64,000 nt of DNA from Octopus sinensis (Eukaryota), in assembly GCF_006345805.1 (NCBI RefSeq), contig NC_042998.1:67642001-67706000 (forward strand), read 5' to 3'. The notes under the pieces were generated by a model that saw only the letters and a program-made list of their open reading frames with translations, was not told the origin of the DNA and made no database searches. Both the position numbers and the translations under genes were made by a program. Positions 10,726 to 24,129 of this stretch are shown in pieces (position 1 is the first letter of the stretch; every line of letters begins with the position of its first letter).

Positions 10726-13700
10726 GTGTATGTATGTATATAAATAATATTCACATATTTTCCGTTTGATTTCTATTAACTCCAATAAAAAAAATTGCTC
10801 AATATTCACAAAATGTGGTTTTCATCATTCGTTGTGAATGTCAATATATTGCAGTGGCATATTTTCATGTTAATTAAATAACATAGTAATACGCAGCTAT
10901 ATTATAAAAACATTCCGGTATTTATTGAGAAAAAAAAACCTCTATACGGTCGGCAAGTCTTTCTAGAAGTAAAAGTAGATTCCAACGCCTTAAGAATATA
11001 GATATTGGATAAAACAGTACCGGATTCACTCGGCATAAAAATAGAAAAAATATAATAAGATACAAGATTATCACTGCTGAAGCATCTTTGATCATAGATA
11101 AGTTCCATTAAGATTGACCTGGAGTTAAACAACGACAACAAAAGCATATTCCTCTTTATATTTCTAATCTAATCCACTTTACGATTTCGTATCACATGAT
11201 ATATCTTACCTAGCACAACAAACATTAATTTGACAGAGAATAACCTTTTGCTTGAAATCTCTAAAATTTCTACTGCATTTTATGTTTTCGTTCTTGAATT
11301 ATTTCCAATGGTATTCTGTACTGAGAGCTAGCTAACTTCTGCCACAATGGCTGCTAGAGATAAAAAAAAAATAATAATAAATAAAAAACGGCTACCATTG
11401 CTTTTTCAATTAAGCGAGATTACATTTAAAGATTTTTGTTTGTATTCCGCTGTACTTTTGAACATTCTCATCTACTACTGGCAACAATTTACTAAGTTTC
11501 ACTCTTGGCTTCTCTCTTTCTCGTTTTATTTTCACCTTTTCTTATTCTCACTTTCTTTCCTGTTCTTGTTTCTTTGATCTCTTTCTTCCCCCTCATACTC
11601 CTCTTCCTGATCTCGTTCTCATTCCCTCTCTTCTCTCAAAGTGTATATATATATATATATTATATATATATATAAAGGGAGAAAATGGGAAAGATAGACA
11701 GAGAAAGGGACATATATATATATACGCGCGCACAGACATATATACACACACACACATATATACCTACATATTTACACATATCCCTTTCTTCTCTCTATTT
11801 CTCTCTCTTTGAATCATTGATCAATCACTCATATCAATCTCTTTATCTCTTTGTGAACATTTAACGCCTACATGGCTTCGTGCGTCATTTCTCTGTAGCA
11901 GTGATACGCTGTATTCATTGTGTTGTATGTTTATTTTACATTTATTTTGATCTTGAATTACCATGAAAAAGTGTTCGATTAGGGAAATGGCGTATTTGAA
12001 TTTTGTTTCGTTAATATGAAAGACTGATGATTACAAGTAGTTTAGAGAAGCACACAGATATTGCGCTCGTTACATCACCTCCGTGAGTCGTACGCAGAAC
12101 CCCAGAACCAACAAGAGCCATTAACAAGTGCACGTATAGAAAATGAACGACCTGAAGTCTTAAATGGATTTTAAGGTCCGACGCTTAGCTCAGTTTTATG
12201 TTGTTAAGTAGATGAAAGTAAATACAACCTGGATAGTATTACATTACATATCGAATGTGACATCCCAAAGGAATCTGGCTCAGTTCTCACTTTAGATTTA
12301 CCTAAAGCAGTGTTAGAATAAAGTGCTTTTCCTTGGAGACATAGCAACATGCCTTAGGCTGAATTACAATAAGGCACGGCCAACAAGTGATAAACTTCCT
12401 TCTCACTTGTGGTTCAATGATGCGATTAGAAAATCCAAACATCAGCTAACAACGAGAATCCAAACATACGCAGCAATATGAATCTAAAAATTGTTGTTAC
12501 ACTGACTGTCTTAGGTATGATGCCAAAATGTCGAATGGTGTTGTGCCCGATGTGTCATAATAATATATTTTCGAATGAGATATAGTTTTATTCGGTGTTT
12601 CATTGACTAAAAATTCAATCCCCACGTGGCTGTGGCGAAATTTCTGTAAATCATGACCTACCACCTTAAAAGGTAAGCGGGTTGGTTATGGCTAGAATGA
12701 TTTAAGATATACGTTCATTTATTCTTGATAAAGAGACAAGAAAAAGAACTCTCCAGATTTGTTGTATGTATTAACCAAAAAATTGATTGTTCAAATAACT
12801 AAAAACTGTTCAGGGTTTAACGCTTGTTTGATAAAATCATATGTAATTGATTTCAAGGCACATGACCAGCAAGTTCAGGGGAAAGTGAAAGTAAAGACTG
12901 ACCGAATGCCGCTACGCATTTTTGCCAGCGTAGTCAGATTCTCCCAGCTCGCCGCTTGAAAAAAAAACTCATATGTAATCTAAACACATGAAAGAAATAT
13001 GTATAAAGACTAAATTAGAGAGCTCCAAACAAAAACTAAGCAATTAAATGTTTTAATTACACGATGATTGTTAAAATGTGTGTCTGAATATAGAGCAGAA
13101 TATCCTCTGTTCGAATGCCAAAGAACATTAAAAGCAAAATTGCACAAAAAAAATTATTCCCGTGCAAGTTAAAGACTTTTTCTCAGCATGAGCATTTACG
13201 TATAAATGTTAAACATGAATATATTTTAAGAACAAATTGTATATCGATAATTACAGCGAGTCGAATACAAATAAGGAATACATTCCGGATATTATTGAGT
13301 TTCTATGTTACCTTACATTTGCTACATACGTCGTCTCAACTTTTAGTTTTATCGTTACCATACAGGCTGTGGTATGGCATTGTGGTTCTAGAGGTCCTCT
13401 TCTAAACCATCCCGTTTCTAGTGCAGTTCCTGTTCTCATAATTGCCAGCAAGTGTCATCTATAATCCCGGGTATCCCATGCCTCGTGAACGCATTTGATA
13501 ACAAAAAATAGTATCGAAAAATAGTATCGAAACTCATCACGTGTGTATGTGTATTCATGAATGGGTCAAAAGTTATACATATTACCGTATCAGAAGCCAA
13601 TGTAGAGTACCATCGATACCGTCAACTCCATCCAAAACGAGGAACAGGCAGTGCAATAGTTAAGAATTCAAAGGCCCAAAGAAACATATGCAATGTTGAG

Positions 13701-14399
13701 GTTAATGTACTGGGCATTCTCTTATGCATATTACCAGATAGGACCAAATACTGACATGAAGTACAGACGACGAGTGCCAGTTTCAATCTCGCTCATAAAC
13801 CAAATAAGCCGACTATCAGGAAACAATCACATGCAACTCAGGTGATATGAAATCCTACCTCTCAGAAATCAACCGTATTGGAGGGTTGAAGAATGGGTAC
13901 AAAGTCATGGCGGTGTTCCAGCATGACCAGAGGCTCATGGCTGAAACAGATCAAAAGAAAAATAAAAGAAATATGCACGCATAATTTGCCCAAATAGACA
14001 CACACACACATAGATTTATGAAAACATTCACATGAGTGTATGTTTTCGCCTTCTTTAGTGTACTTGAGTTTCTCTGTACGTTTGGGTTTGTGCGTTCCGT
14101 TTGAACACACCAGTATACACACATGCAATCTTATACGAACTATGTTCACAAATATATTTCAATCACTTTTTCTCATGCTCTGTTAAAGAATGATCTTCAA
14201 CAAATATATTCCTGACAAAATTCCGAACTATTTATGCGTTGTGTGTGCAATCATGTTCGTCATATTTGCTTTGCTGTGTGATAAATTAAATTGTAGACCT
14301 TCACTATTTACTTGGGATATTTCCAAAAATATAGGTCCACTTCCTCTGTATTTGAATAGAGCATACACAATGTAATACAATATCACGCACAAGTACATA

Positions 14400-14456
14400 C
14401 GATTATGTGTGTGTGTATGTATGTATGTATGTATGTATGTATGTAGTATGTATGTA

Positions 14457-14496
<40 letters not shown>

Positions 14497-14670
14497 GTGT
14501 GTGTGTGTTTGTGTGTATACATATTTATGTAAGGACGTGTAATGAAATCTGCATTTTTGTCTCCCGTTACAATTTTTTAAATTTTTTTGTCTCTGAAAGG
14601 TCGCAGGGAACATTGTAATAAGAACTCTCTTTCGTTTGTATGGTAATCATATATAAAATATAAATTATAA

Positions 14671-14751
<81 letters not shown>

Positions 14752-14814
14752 TGTGTGTGTGTGTGTGTGTGTATGGACAAATATGTATATATGTAAATGT
14801 ATTTATAGGAAATG

Positions 14815-14850
<36 letters not shown>

Positions 14851-14924
14851 GTATATATATATATAGTATATATATATATATTATATGTATATGTATATGT
14901 ATGTATATATATATATGTATGTAA

Positions 14925-14972
<48 letters not shown>

Positions 14973-15083
14973 TATATATGTATATGTATGTATATATATG
15001 TATATGTATGTATATATGTATATGTATGTATTATATGTATATGTATGTATATATGTATATGTATGTATATATATGTATATGTA

Positions 15084-15127
<44 letters not shown>

Positions 15128-15149
15128 ATATGTATGTATATATATATGC

Positions 15150-15193
<44 letters not shown>

Positions 15194-15245
15194 TATATAT
15201 ATATGTATATACATATATATATATATATTATCTGTGTGTGTGTGC
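14400..15245. repeat. Compound microsatellite block (TATG)/(TA)/(TG)/(CT)
   Basis: Direct reading of the sequence. Confidence 0.95.
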
Positions 15246-15971
15246 GTGTGTGAGTGTATTCTTTGAAAAGGAAAAGAAAGGAAGCAAAATATTTGATATC
15301 GAAAATCGGGAGTGTTACTGTCTGTTAAGTTGGTACAGTTTGTGCTTTAGTAGAGAACAATCATATTGGACTTTAACGCCACGAAATATGATTATAGAAA
15401 TTGCGTGAACAATAGGTCAGTAACTTCGCTTGATTAAATACTTTGTGGTCATGCACGGAGCTTAACTCTGAATTTGATCTAAATGGAGATTTGTAAAGCA
15501 AGCCTCTATAAGCAAATCGACATGAAAGAAAATTTATCTACCACCCAGAATTTCTGCAAGTAATAATTTAGTGAAAATGGTTTTATTCGCTAGATTAATT
15601 TGGTCCGAAACTTTTAAGCGTCTGTAAGGGATTGTTGTAAAAGAAGTATGTAATGTATGTGGCTTTGATGAGAATATATTAAGTAAACAAAAAAAATACA
15701 CGAAGAAAGTGTATTACTTGCTGAATCTTGAAAGAAAAATATTGATTTTGTCTGAGATCATTTCATTGTTTTCAAGAAAGATGTTATGGAAGGTAGTTTT
15801 CGGTGTATTACTAGGATTCATTTTCTTTTTAACTTATTAAATATTGAATCTAAGAAAACTGATGACGGAACCAGCAAGGAACAAAAGAAAGGAATTAAGA
15901 ATTACAAAATATTAGAAAGTAATTACTGATAAAGCTTAATTAATATTGTAATAACATGATTTAATGTTGTA

Positions 15972-16170
15972 GCGCACCGGCAGAGTTGTTAGCACGCAGG
16001 GCAAAATGCGTTCATCAGTCTTTGAATTCTTGGTTCAATTTATTCTGAGGTCAACTTTACTTTTCAGACTTTCGGGGTCGGTAAAATAAGTGGCAGCCGA
16101 GCACTGGAATCGATGTAATCGACTTTCTCCTTCACCCGAAATTGCTATCGCTGTGAGAAAATCTGAAATT
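15972..16170 (+). mobile_element. SINE family B, diverged
   Basis: GAGGTCAACTTTACTTTTCAGACTTTCGGGGTCGGTAAAATAAG...CGATGTAATCGACT matches the family B core. Confidence 0.75.
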
Positions 16171-16294
16171 CATTTTGGGATTTTGTTGAAGAAAACGTCT
16201 AGTGAAAAAGATAAGGATATATTACGTTAAAGCATCATTCATAAGAAACAAAAGGTATATGTTAGTGAGATATGCGCACAGGCAGGCGCGTAAA

Positions 16295-16347
<53 letters not shown>

Positions 16348-17887
16348 ATGCATGTATGTATGCATGCATTCAAGTATGTATGTATGTAATAGCCTTGTGA
16401 GTGCAGAGGCGAAACACCAGAATAGCATCACACACACACACACATATATGCGAGAGAGAGAGAGAGAGTGTGGGTGTATCTATGTGTGTTTTTGAGTCCC
16501 CCCTCCCCCGCTAGCGCTTGACAACCGGTGTTGACTGAAAGAAGCGCGCGTGTGAATTTAAACGCTTTTGAATTATATGCTCCAATGTTCAATACCACCC
16601 TGTGGAAACCCGGCTGATAGACTGCCCCATTCTAATGCCTTCTATATCAAATCGCATCACTTTGATAAAACCTGAGAATAATGTTACCAGAGAACACGCC
16701 TTTGGAATACTCAACCACTCACAGTTTAATTGTACTAAATAAACGTTTGAGTTGGCCGAAGACCACAATAGCCTTTGTCGAAACTGACGAAAGTTCTATT
16801 GCTATATGTCAGTCATCTTACTGACATAACTTACATTTTAGTCCCACTACAGGTGACTCTGTATATGTCATAACATCAATCAGGAAGTTAAATGTTAGAA
16901 TGTCTTTTATTCAGAAGAACCGGTAGTGCCAATGACCCTTACAGGACTCCTGAGAAAAGTTTTGAAAAGTCTAGGTATTAGTGTTAATTAGGGCAATGAG
17001 GATTAGTACCCCACCGATGTAAGCCTTGCCGAGATTTCAACCCATAACGCAAAGAACTAGAGAAATTACTGCAAGGTTTCCAGCCAAATAATCTAACGCC
17101 TTCGCCAGTTTTTTGTTTTTGTTTTTCTTTTTCAATCGACCACCAAAATGTTGAACTCGGTAAGTTGAAACATGATACAAAATCAGCAATATCACATGTT
17201 AATTTGCTTTCTTCCTTTACTTATTCTGGATTTTCGAACCTCCATATAGACACTAATATTTAAATATATCAAGAATTAAAACTACATATTATTGCTATTA
17301 TGTTAAACAGACGTATGTCCAAATTTGGCCAAATGCGTTTCTTTTTCAATATTTATTTTTGCTTCCAATAGCCGGTTGTTTTGGTCAAACTATCGTATCT
17401 CCAGCTGCTACAAAAATCAAAAGTTTTCAGTGTAGTACAACGGTTTTGCTATGGAATGGTGAAACTATCATTTCATTTTTTGAAAAAGCAACGTTTGGAC
17501 TTATGATACTTTTGCATTATAGCAACGATATTGAATGAGTTTAGCAAGAGATTGTCTGTTCTAAGCACTATTTTATACAAATAAAAAAAAAATTAAGAAA
17601 ATGCTTATTTATTTAAACACACGCGATCCCAGCGATGCCTTGAGAATTCATAGAATTGAATAAATTAATTATTGAACTTAACGAGACACAAAGCAAATAG
17701 GAAATTTTATAAATCTAATGATTAAATACTACTTGTAATACAATGCTTTTGTGTTTGTATCTCATTGAAAGCCACATAGTATGTGTGTGTATGCATATAT
17801 GTATGTATGCACTTATGTATGTATGCATGAATGTGTGTATAATGAAAAAGGAATAAATTCCCACAATATGGTAGAAGGCATAATGAA

Positions 17888-18185
17888 AAGGAACTGTAAA
17901 CATCCGTAAAACTTTCCAGAAGTTTATCATTTAAATATATATGAGCATGTCTAGATACAAAACATACAAATCTGCACATTCATACATATAAATACATACA
18001 TGAATACATACATACATAAATGCATACATAAATACACACATACATTCATACATACGAAAATACCCTGTTGTTGATGTTGAAATCCTAATGAGGGAACCTT
18101 GGATCTAGGTTAAAAACTGGTTCTTTCTCTATTGACAAAAAATCTTGAAATAAACTGAATAATGACATACATACATACATACACA
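17888..18185 (+). repeat. Unclassified dispersed repeat U
   Basis: AGGAACTGTAAA...GAAGTTTATCATTTA...GAGCATGTCTAGATA plus core CCTGTTGTTGATGTTGAAAT...GGATCTAGGTTA...AAACTGAATAATGACATAC; colinear with 57225-57500; the core also occurs at 53265 (-) and 57685. Confidence 0.85.
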
Positions 18186-19068
18186 GCTGGTGAAAATGTC
18201 GATATGCTTTCGTATAAGTGTACTCAATAATTAAATTAAATACTAATCATATTTAAATATCGCATGGAAGAATACTTCCCAGGCAACGTTAGAAAACCAA
18301 GTATACATTGGGTGGCAAATACAGTAGGTGAGAAAATGCGGCATTCGGTTAAGGATCTAATTAAATCCTGCATAATAGTGATACGATATTCAGGAAGGAA
18401 CTTATATATAGCTTCCACATTTTTACCTCATCGAAAATTAGACCCGAAATGAAAAGAGTAATTATTTAAATGTGATCGATACCTTTCACAGTAATACAGG
18501 ATTTTTAGCAAAGTGAATTAAAAGTAAGTGAATAACTAAAGTGTCTTTGTACTCGGCAATTAATTAGATGTCGGCGACAAACAGTAAATTCAATGAATTG
18601 ATGGCGGAGTAATGTAAAGTATTTATATATCTGAATTAAGAATTTCATTTACCTATCTCAATTTCAATTGAATTTTTTAATTAAATTCATTCTAAATAAT
18701 TGGCTACATATGTACAACTAATTAATTTGATAATACCTTATTGTATTTCAATTAGCTTCACAGATTCATATTTAAATTTCTCTAATTGAACTAAGCACAA
18801 TTTATTTTATCTTTTCAGCTGATATATCGAAGAATTTACAAAGATTAATATTAAATATGTAAGAATACTTAACGGTGAATCAGCTTTAAAATATACACTG
18901 CGTTGCCTTCTTAAGTATGTATCTGGCTAATTAGAAATTCTAAATTTTATGATACCTACTGAATTAATTGTATTATTGTGTATTTTCTCATAATTAGAAA
19001 CGCTGGAGTAGACAATTTGCGGTATTTAATTTTATCATTTTAGGTTTTATATCTAAGTTCACGTATAC

Positions 19069-19369
19069 CAGCGGTTCTCAAAAACGGCAGTACTGCCCCC
19101 TGGGGCAGTGGAATTTTCCAAAGGGACGCTGAAGAAAAGTAGGGCAATGATGGAGTAGCGATTCATATGAAATTGGGGCGATAATGGGGTGGCAATTCAT
19201 GTAGAAACAACAAGATAATGGCTTTGTTAGATTTATTTGTGAAATACAGTTGCTTTGAATTTGCTTCAGAAAGAGGTCTATGTTTGTGATGGTTAGTTGG
19301 GACGGGGATGCTAGGAATGTAGCCTGGATTTCAAGGAGGCGGCAGTCCGAAAAAATTTGGGAACCACTG
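19069..19369. mobile_element. hAT (Charlie-type) MITE
   Basis: TIRs CAGCGGTTCTCAAA / TTTGGGAACCACTG; 8-bp flanks ACGTATAC (19061-19068) and ACGTAGAC (19370-19377) match at 7/8, consistent with a hAT TSD. Confidence 0.9.
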
Positions 19370-19389
19370 ACGTAGACTCTCAATCGTAT

Positions 19390-19531
19390 TTATTTCTTCA
19401 TTATCAACACGGGGCTAAATATAGAGGGGAGAAACAAGGACAAAGGGACTTAGTTGGCTCCAGTGCGTAACTGGTACTTATTTATTCGAAAGGATGAAAG
19501 GTAACGTCGACTTCGGCGGGATTTGAATTAA
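19390..19531 (-). mobile_element. SINE family B, 5'-truncated
   Basis: Reverse complement of the family B core and tail (CCAGTGCGTAACTGGTACTTATTT...GAAAGGATGAAAGG...GTCGACTTCGGCGG on +). Confidence 0.85.
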
Positions 19532-19549
19532 CATTCTCGTTATGGACTC

Positions 19550-19715
19550 TGCGAGCTAGCACAATTGCTGTTGCACCAGGTAAAATTTTTAGCAACATTT
19601 TTTGCGGATCTTTATATTCTGAGTTTAACATCGGTCGATGTCAACTTCGTTTTCATCCTCTCAATATAAAATAAAAAAGACTAGTCAAATAGTGGGAGTG
19701 ATGTAATCAAGTAAA
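19550..19715 (+). mobile_element. SINE family B, old diverged copy
   Basis: TTCTGAGTTTAACATCGGTCGATGTCAACTTCGTTTTCATCC resembles the family B core. Confidence 0.6.
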
Positions 19716-21078
19716 GTAAAAGTGTTCGCCTTTCAAATCCACCACTTCGGTCTAGCATATCTTTAGCGGAGTTCATTCTGTACTAAGAATCCGTTACATT
19801 TTTTCTGGAATGCGAATAACTTAGGGGGTGGTGAAATAAATATTTCCTCTTTCCTTCTTCCCTATGAATCCCCGAAACCCTACAGAAAGGTCATGCAAGC
19901 TAGTCTTAGTCTTTTATTCAAACCATTAAATGACTATCCAATGGAGTGGTTGGCCTTTGCACTTTTTATCTTAAAATAGAACTAATCATATTTTTCATTG
20001 CAAATTATGACTCATTTTCATTACACACGCATTAATAGAAAGCAATATAAATGCATATGAATGAGTGAACAGCAAAAGTAATTAGTTTTTCTTTTTTCAT
20101 ATCTTATTATCTTTTCTTAAACTGTCAATAATTTGGATAAATATAAACAACGCAATCTGTAAAAACACAAAACAACCTCTAACTTAGAAAACTGGTTTGG
20201 ATATAATCAAACAGAAGTATACTCCAATAACTACAATACATATAAGCTGATACACAAAATAGAATATATATAGCAATGCAAAAAAGATGGCTGCTGATAC
20301 ACAACTTCAATTACATTCCTTCAGTATTTTCTCGGAGAAGTCAGTTGAGAAAATTTATTAATTTTATTGCTTTGTAAAAATTGTTTTGTTTTTATTACAA
20401 AATTTTAACCAATTTATTCATAAAATAGTAATATTTGTCAGGACCTCTTTCTGGGATCAGAAACAGTTTACATAGAGTGATTAAGTTTTGATCAACATGT
20501 TTGTATCGCAATTCTCCATGATTCTGATTTGTGTGCGCGTGCTCAGACACATACACACACGACCTGCATACACAAATATACCCACATATATGTGTGTACA
20601 TATATGCATGTGCATATGCGCAGTGTGTATATATATGCGTATGTATGTATACACTTACGCATATCTATGCAACTATGTACGTATATATGTATATAATATA
20701 TACACACATATGCACGCACGCACATATGCACACAGATATATATGTATATGCACATGCATATTTAAACACGAATACGCGTACAAGCACACAGTCACACATA
20801 CGCGCATACACCCTCCACATACATTTCACAATATCTAAGCAAGAAACATTGATACAAATGTCCAGGAAGTGATTGGCAACCAAAGAGATTACACTCTGTG
20901 TGTGTGCGTGTGTGTGCGTGTGTGTGTGTGTCTGGGTGTGTGCACGCGTGGAGAGGGAGAGAGGCAAGCAAACATACAGACAGGCCAACTGAAAGATAGA
21001 TAGATAGATTTTGAAGCTGAAGAAACAGAATTATATATCGATTCCAGACAGCTTAATGAGATATTGTTGATAAAATAT

Positions 21079-21144
<66 letters not shown>

Positions 21145-21254
21145 TATATATATATATGTGTGTATGTACGTGTATGTGAACAAAGAGAGTCGAAGAGGCC
21201 TCTAAAGTAATAAGATCGATAAAAAGAATAGTGAGCATGCCGCGAGAAGTTGGA

Positions 21255-21830
21255 AATTCAGTATTTCAGACAGATTCCCTTCTGAACGAAAATTTAGACA
21301 GGGAAAAAGAAGTATGAGGCTGCAGGGTTTAACTTTCTTTATAAGTTAAAAAGAATGGCTGCAACTGATAAGGAACGCAGGACTACGTAAGCTTCATACT
21401 TGACAGAGAAGTGGCAGTTGAAGCAGTATCAGAAGGAGGGAAGAGAAAATAATAGGATGAGGAGGAACAGGCAAAGTCGAGAGTGAGGTAAAGGGGAAAT
21501 TTTGAGGTGAGAGGGGAGCTGAAGGATAAGAAAGGGTTTAAGGAACTAAGAAGAGTAGATGTCAAAAGGTTCAAGTTCGAATATCAAGTTTGTTCTCTCC
21601 GTCTCCTTGAGAGCGTGGGCCCTGGTGTGTGTCGATGCCGCTCATTGATAATTGAGTATTGGAATAGTCTATTGTGTTGAAGTGGGTAGCGACAGGATGG
21701 CCTGGCTTGTATACTTGTATGCTTCAAATATGCACCCAGAAGTGATCAGCAAGACGTCGGTTTGTTTCCTCAATGTAAAGGGCACTACTAAGTTTCCATA
21801 TGAGACAATATATAAGGCGAAACGATGTCT
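21255..21830 (-). mobile_element. Penelope-like element (Neptune-type) GIY-YIG endonuclease remnant plus CT-rich 3' region
   Basis: Minus-strand translation from 21813: IYCLIWKLSSALYIEETNRRLADHFWVHI*SIQVYKPGHPVATHFNTIDYSNTQLSMSGI, then a frameshift and NLIFELEPF. This matches IYC...YIGET.RRL.DRF.EH...PVA.HFN...LIF.L of Neptune-type PLEs as I recall them. Confidence 0.85.
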
Positions 21831-22027
21831 GTGTCTGTCCTACAAAACCGATTGACAACCAGTGTTCGTTTGTTTACGTCCCTGTTACTTAGCGGTTCGG
21901 CAAAAGAGCAATAGAATAAGTACCAAGCATAAAAAAATAGGTACTAGGGTCGATACATTCGACTAAAATTTCTCAAGCCTGTTCCCAAGTATGGCTGCAG
22001 TGTAATAAACGAAACAAATAAAAGTTA
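21828..22027 (+). mobile_element. SINE family A, 3' half
   Basis: TTGACAACCAGTGTTCGTTTGTTTACGTCCCTGTTACTTAGCGGTTCGGCAAAAGAG matches the family A body. Confidence 0.85.
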
Positions 22028-22117
22028 TCTGAGATATTCAGCCACTTACACCTTAATTAAGGAGTAGCTAATTCAGTTGGTCAAACAACTGAATGTTCAA
22101 TGTTCTCTTCTACTCTA

Positions 22118-22267
22118 TGCACAAGTCCCGAAATTTGGTGGGGTGGGGGCAGTCGATTAGATCGACGCCAGTACGCAACTGGTACTTAATTTATCGATCC
22201 CGAAAGGATGAAAGGCACAGTCGACATCGGCGGAATTTGAACTCAGAACGTAAAGACAGACGCAACG
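22118..22267 (-). mobile_element. SINE family B
   Basis: CTGGTACTTAATTTATCGATCCCGAAAGGATGAAAGGCACAGTCGACATCGGCGGAATTTGAACTCAGAAC on + is the reverse complement of the family B core. Confidence 0.9.
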
Positions 22268-22407
22268 AAAATTTTAGAAAAATAAATAAGCAAATGAGTG
22301 GAAATTTTACCGGAGTGTGTGTTAAATTATAAGGCACTAAAAGAGAATCACTCTCCCTAGACACAACAGAATATGCTCCAATACACGAACTCACATAAGT
22401 ATCTTGC

Positions 22408-22454
<47 letters not shown>

Positions 22455-22495
22455 TGCATATATACATACTAGCGTAAATCTTGCACACACACACG

Positions 22496-22538
<43 letters not shown>

Positions 22539-23037
22539 ATTGCAAGCAAGTATATGTGTGATATCTATATTGAAAAATCATTTGCTTTAACCATCTTATG
22601 TATCTTGTACATGATATTAAAATATGCGTGCAGGTGTTTTTTAAGAATTATTGATAAAATTGTGATGAATCTTTCACTGATACTCTGTGCTGCGTCTCCT
22701 ACATAAGTTACAATGAAATATTCAGCTATCTTAAAACCCTTACGATATACTATGTGTCTTACTTTCGACTTGGTATTTGGGTTTCTGCCATACATCTCTC
22801 AATTCAATTTGTAGATTATCTTGTCAAGAGGGTAGGATTTATAGATGATCGATGATAGGGATCTAGATTTCGTTTTCTGTGATTTAAAAAATTGAGAATA
22901 GATTTTCACTGGATTTTACTAAATCTTTTAGCAAATTCACTGTGTATATGATAAGTATAAAAAGTATAAACTTACAAATGTGCAGAGGCGTGTAACGTGC
23001 ATATTGCATATATGCATGCTAGCGTAAATCTTGTATG

Positions 23038-23104
<67 letters not shown>

Positions 23105-24096
23105 TTGTGCGTATCTATGTATATATATATATAAACCTGAATCTGCATGTGAGTATATGATTTTGTGTACATGTGTTACTTTTATGCTTCAGCTTTCTTG
23201 TGGTTTCCTTATCTCGTGTTTATGGAACACGAATCTTCGATTATAATATGATATATACTTGTGTGTGTATAGGTGGGGGTGTCTATGTGTATATATATAT
23301 GTTTGTATGTATGTATGTATGTATATATTTATAGATAATATACATGCGTGTGTATGTGTATAGTATATATGTTTTAATACAAACGCACATATAGAGCGGT
23401 AATGTATTTGCGCATTTGTCTAAGAGTCTCTGCTTGGCGTTCATAAAAACGTGGGCTTCCATGTGTGTACAAAACAATGTCTTCTTTGCGCCTATACATT
23501 TATACGTCACTATGTTTGAGTACACGAACATAGCCGCATTTGGAGTTATTCATACGTGCTCGCGTACATTGATAAATGATGCTTTCTCTGTTTGGATTTG
23601 AATATTCCTAACTGAACATTTGATCTATGCACTTGTGTGTCAGTGGGCAAATATTTCAGTAAGAAACTATGAAAATGCTGATTGCTCTCTCAAGCAAGTT
23701 TGTTTACTCCACGATTATTGATCAAAATTTTGTTAAAAACAACCAAAATTGTTGTTCAAAATGTAAACGCAAGAATTGATTAACGAGCAAAAACGACCAT
23801 AAAATATATCTGAAATTTATTTATCTACTGCAGTTTTATTTTCTTTCTAATGGATAATGCTATATGTTATCAGGGTAAATGATGTCAGCAGGCAGTCATG
23901 GAATATTGATATTGAATTTACCTATTATATGATAAATATAGTGTATCCAATAATATGCAATAATATTCATATTAAAAGTATTTGATACTCAATTTCTTTT
24001 TTCATATTATAGAAAATATTAAATTATTTAAGCATTAGGACCGTGTATATATATACACAGTGTGTGTGTGTGTGGGGGGGGTGTTTGTGTGTGGCA

Positions 24097-24129
<33 letters not shown>

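Noticed and set aside
17615-17655. Helitron-like 3' hairpin (CGCGATCCCAGCGATGCC...CATAG)
   Set aside because: The hairpin is imperfect, CTRR is not clean, and no 5' TC end or second copy was found.
18236-18452. Opposing 60-62 aa ORFs in non-repetitive DNA
   Set aside because: No recognisable motifs or splice signals; the length is within chance expectation.
18530-19030. TAAT/ATTA clusters (also 32750-33080) as homeodomain enhancers
   Set aside because: Not distinguishable from the AT-rich background without conservation or chromatin data.
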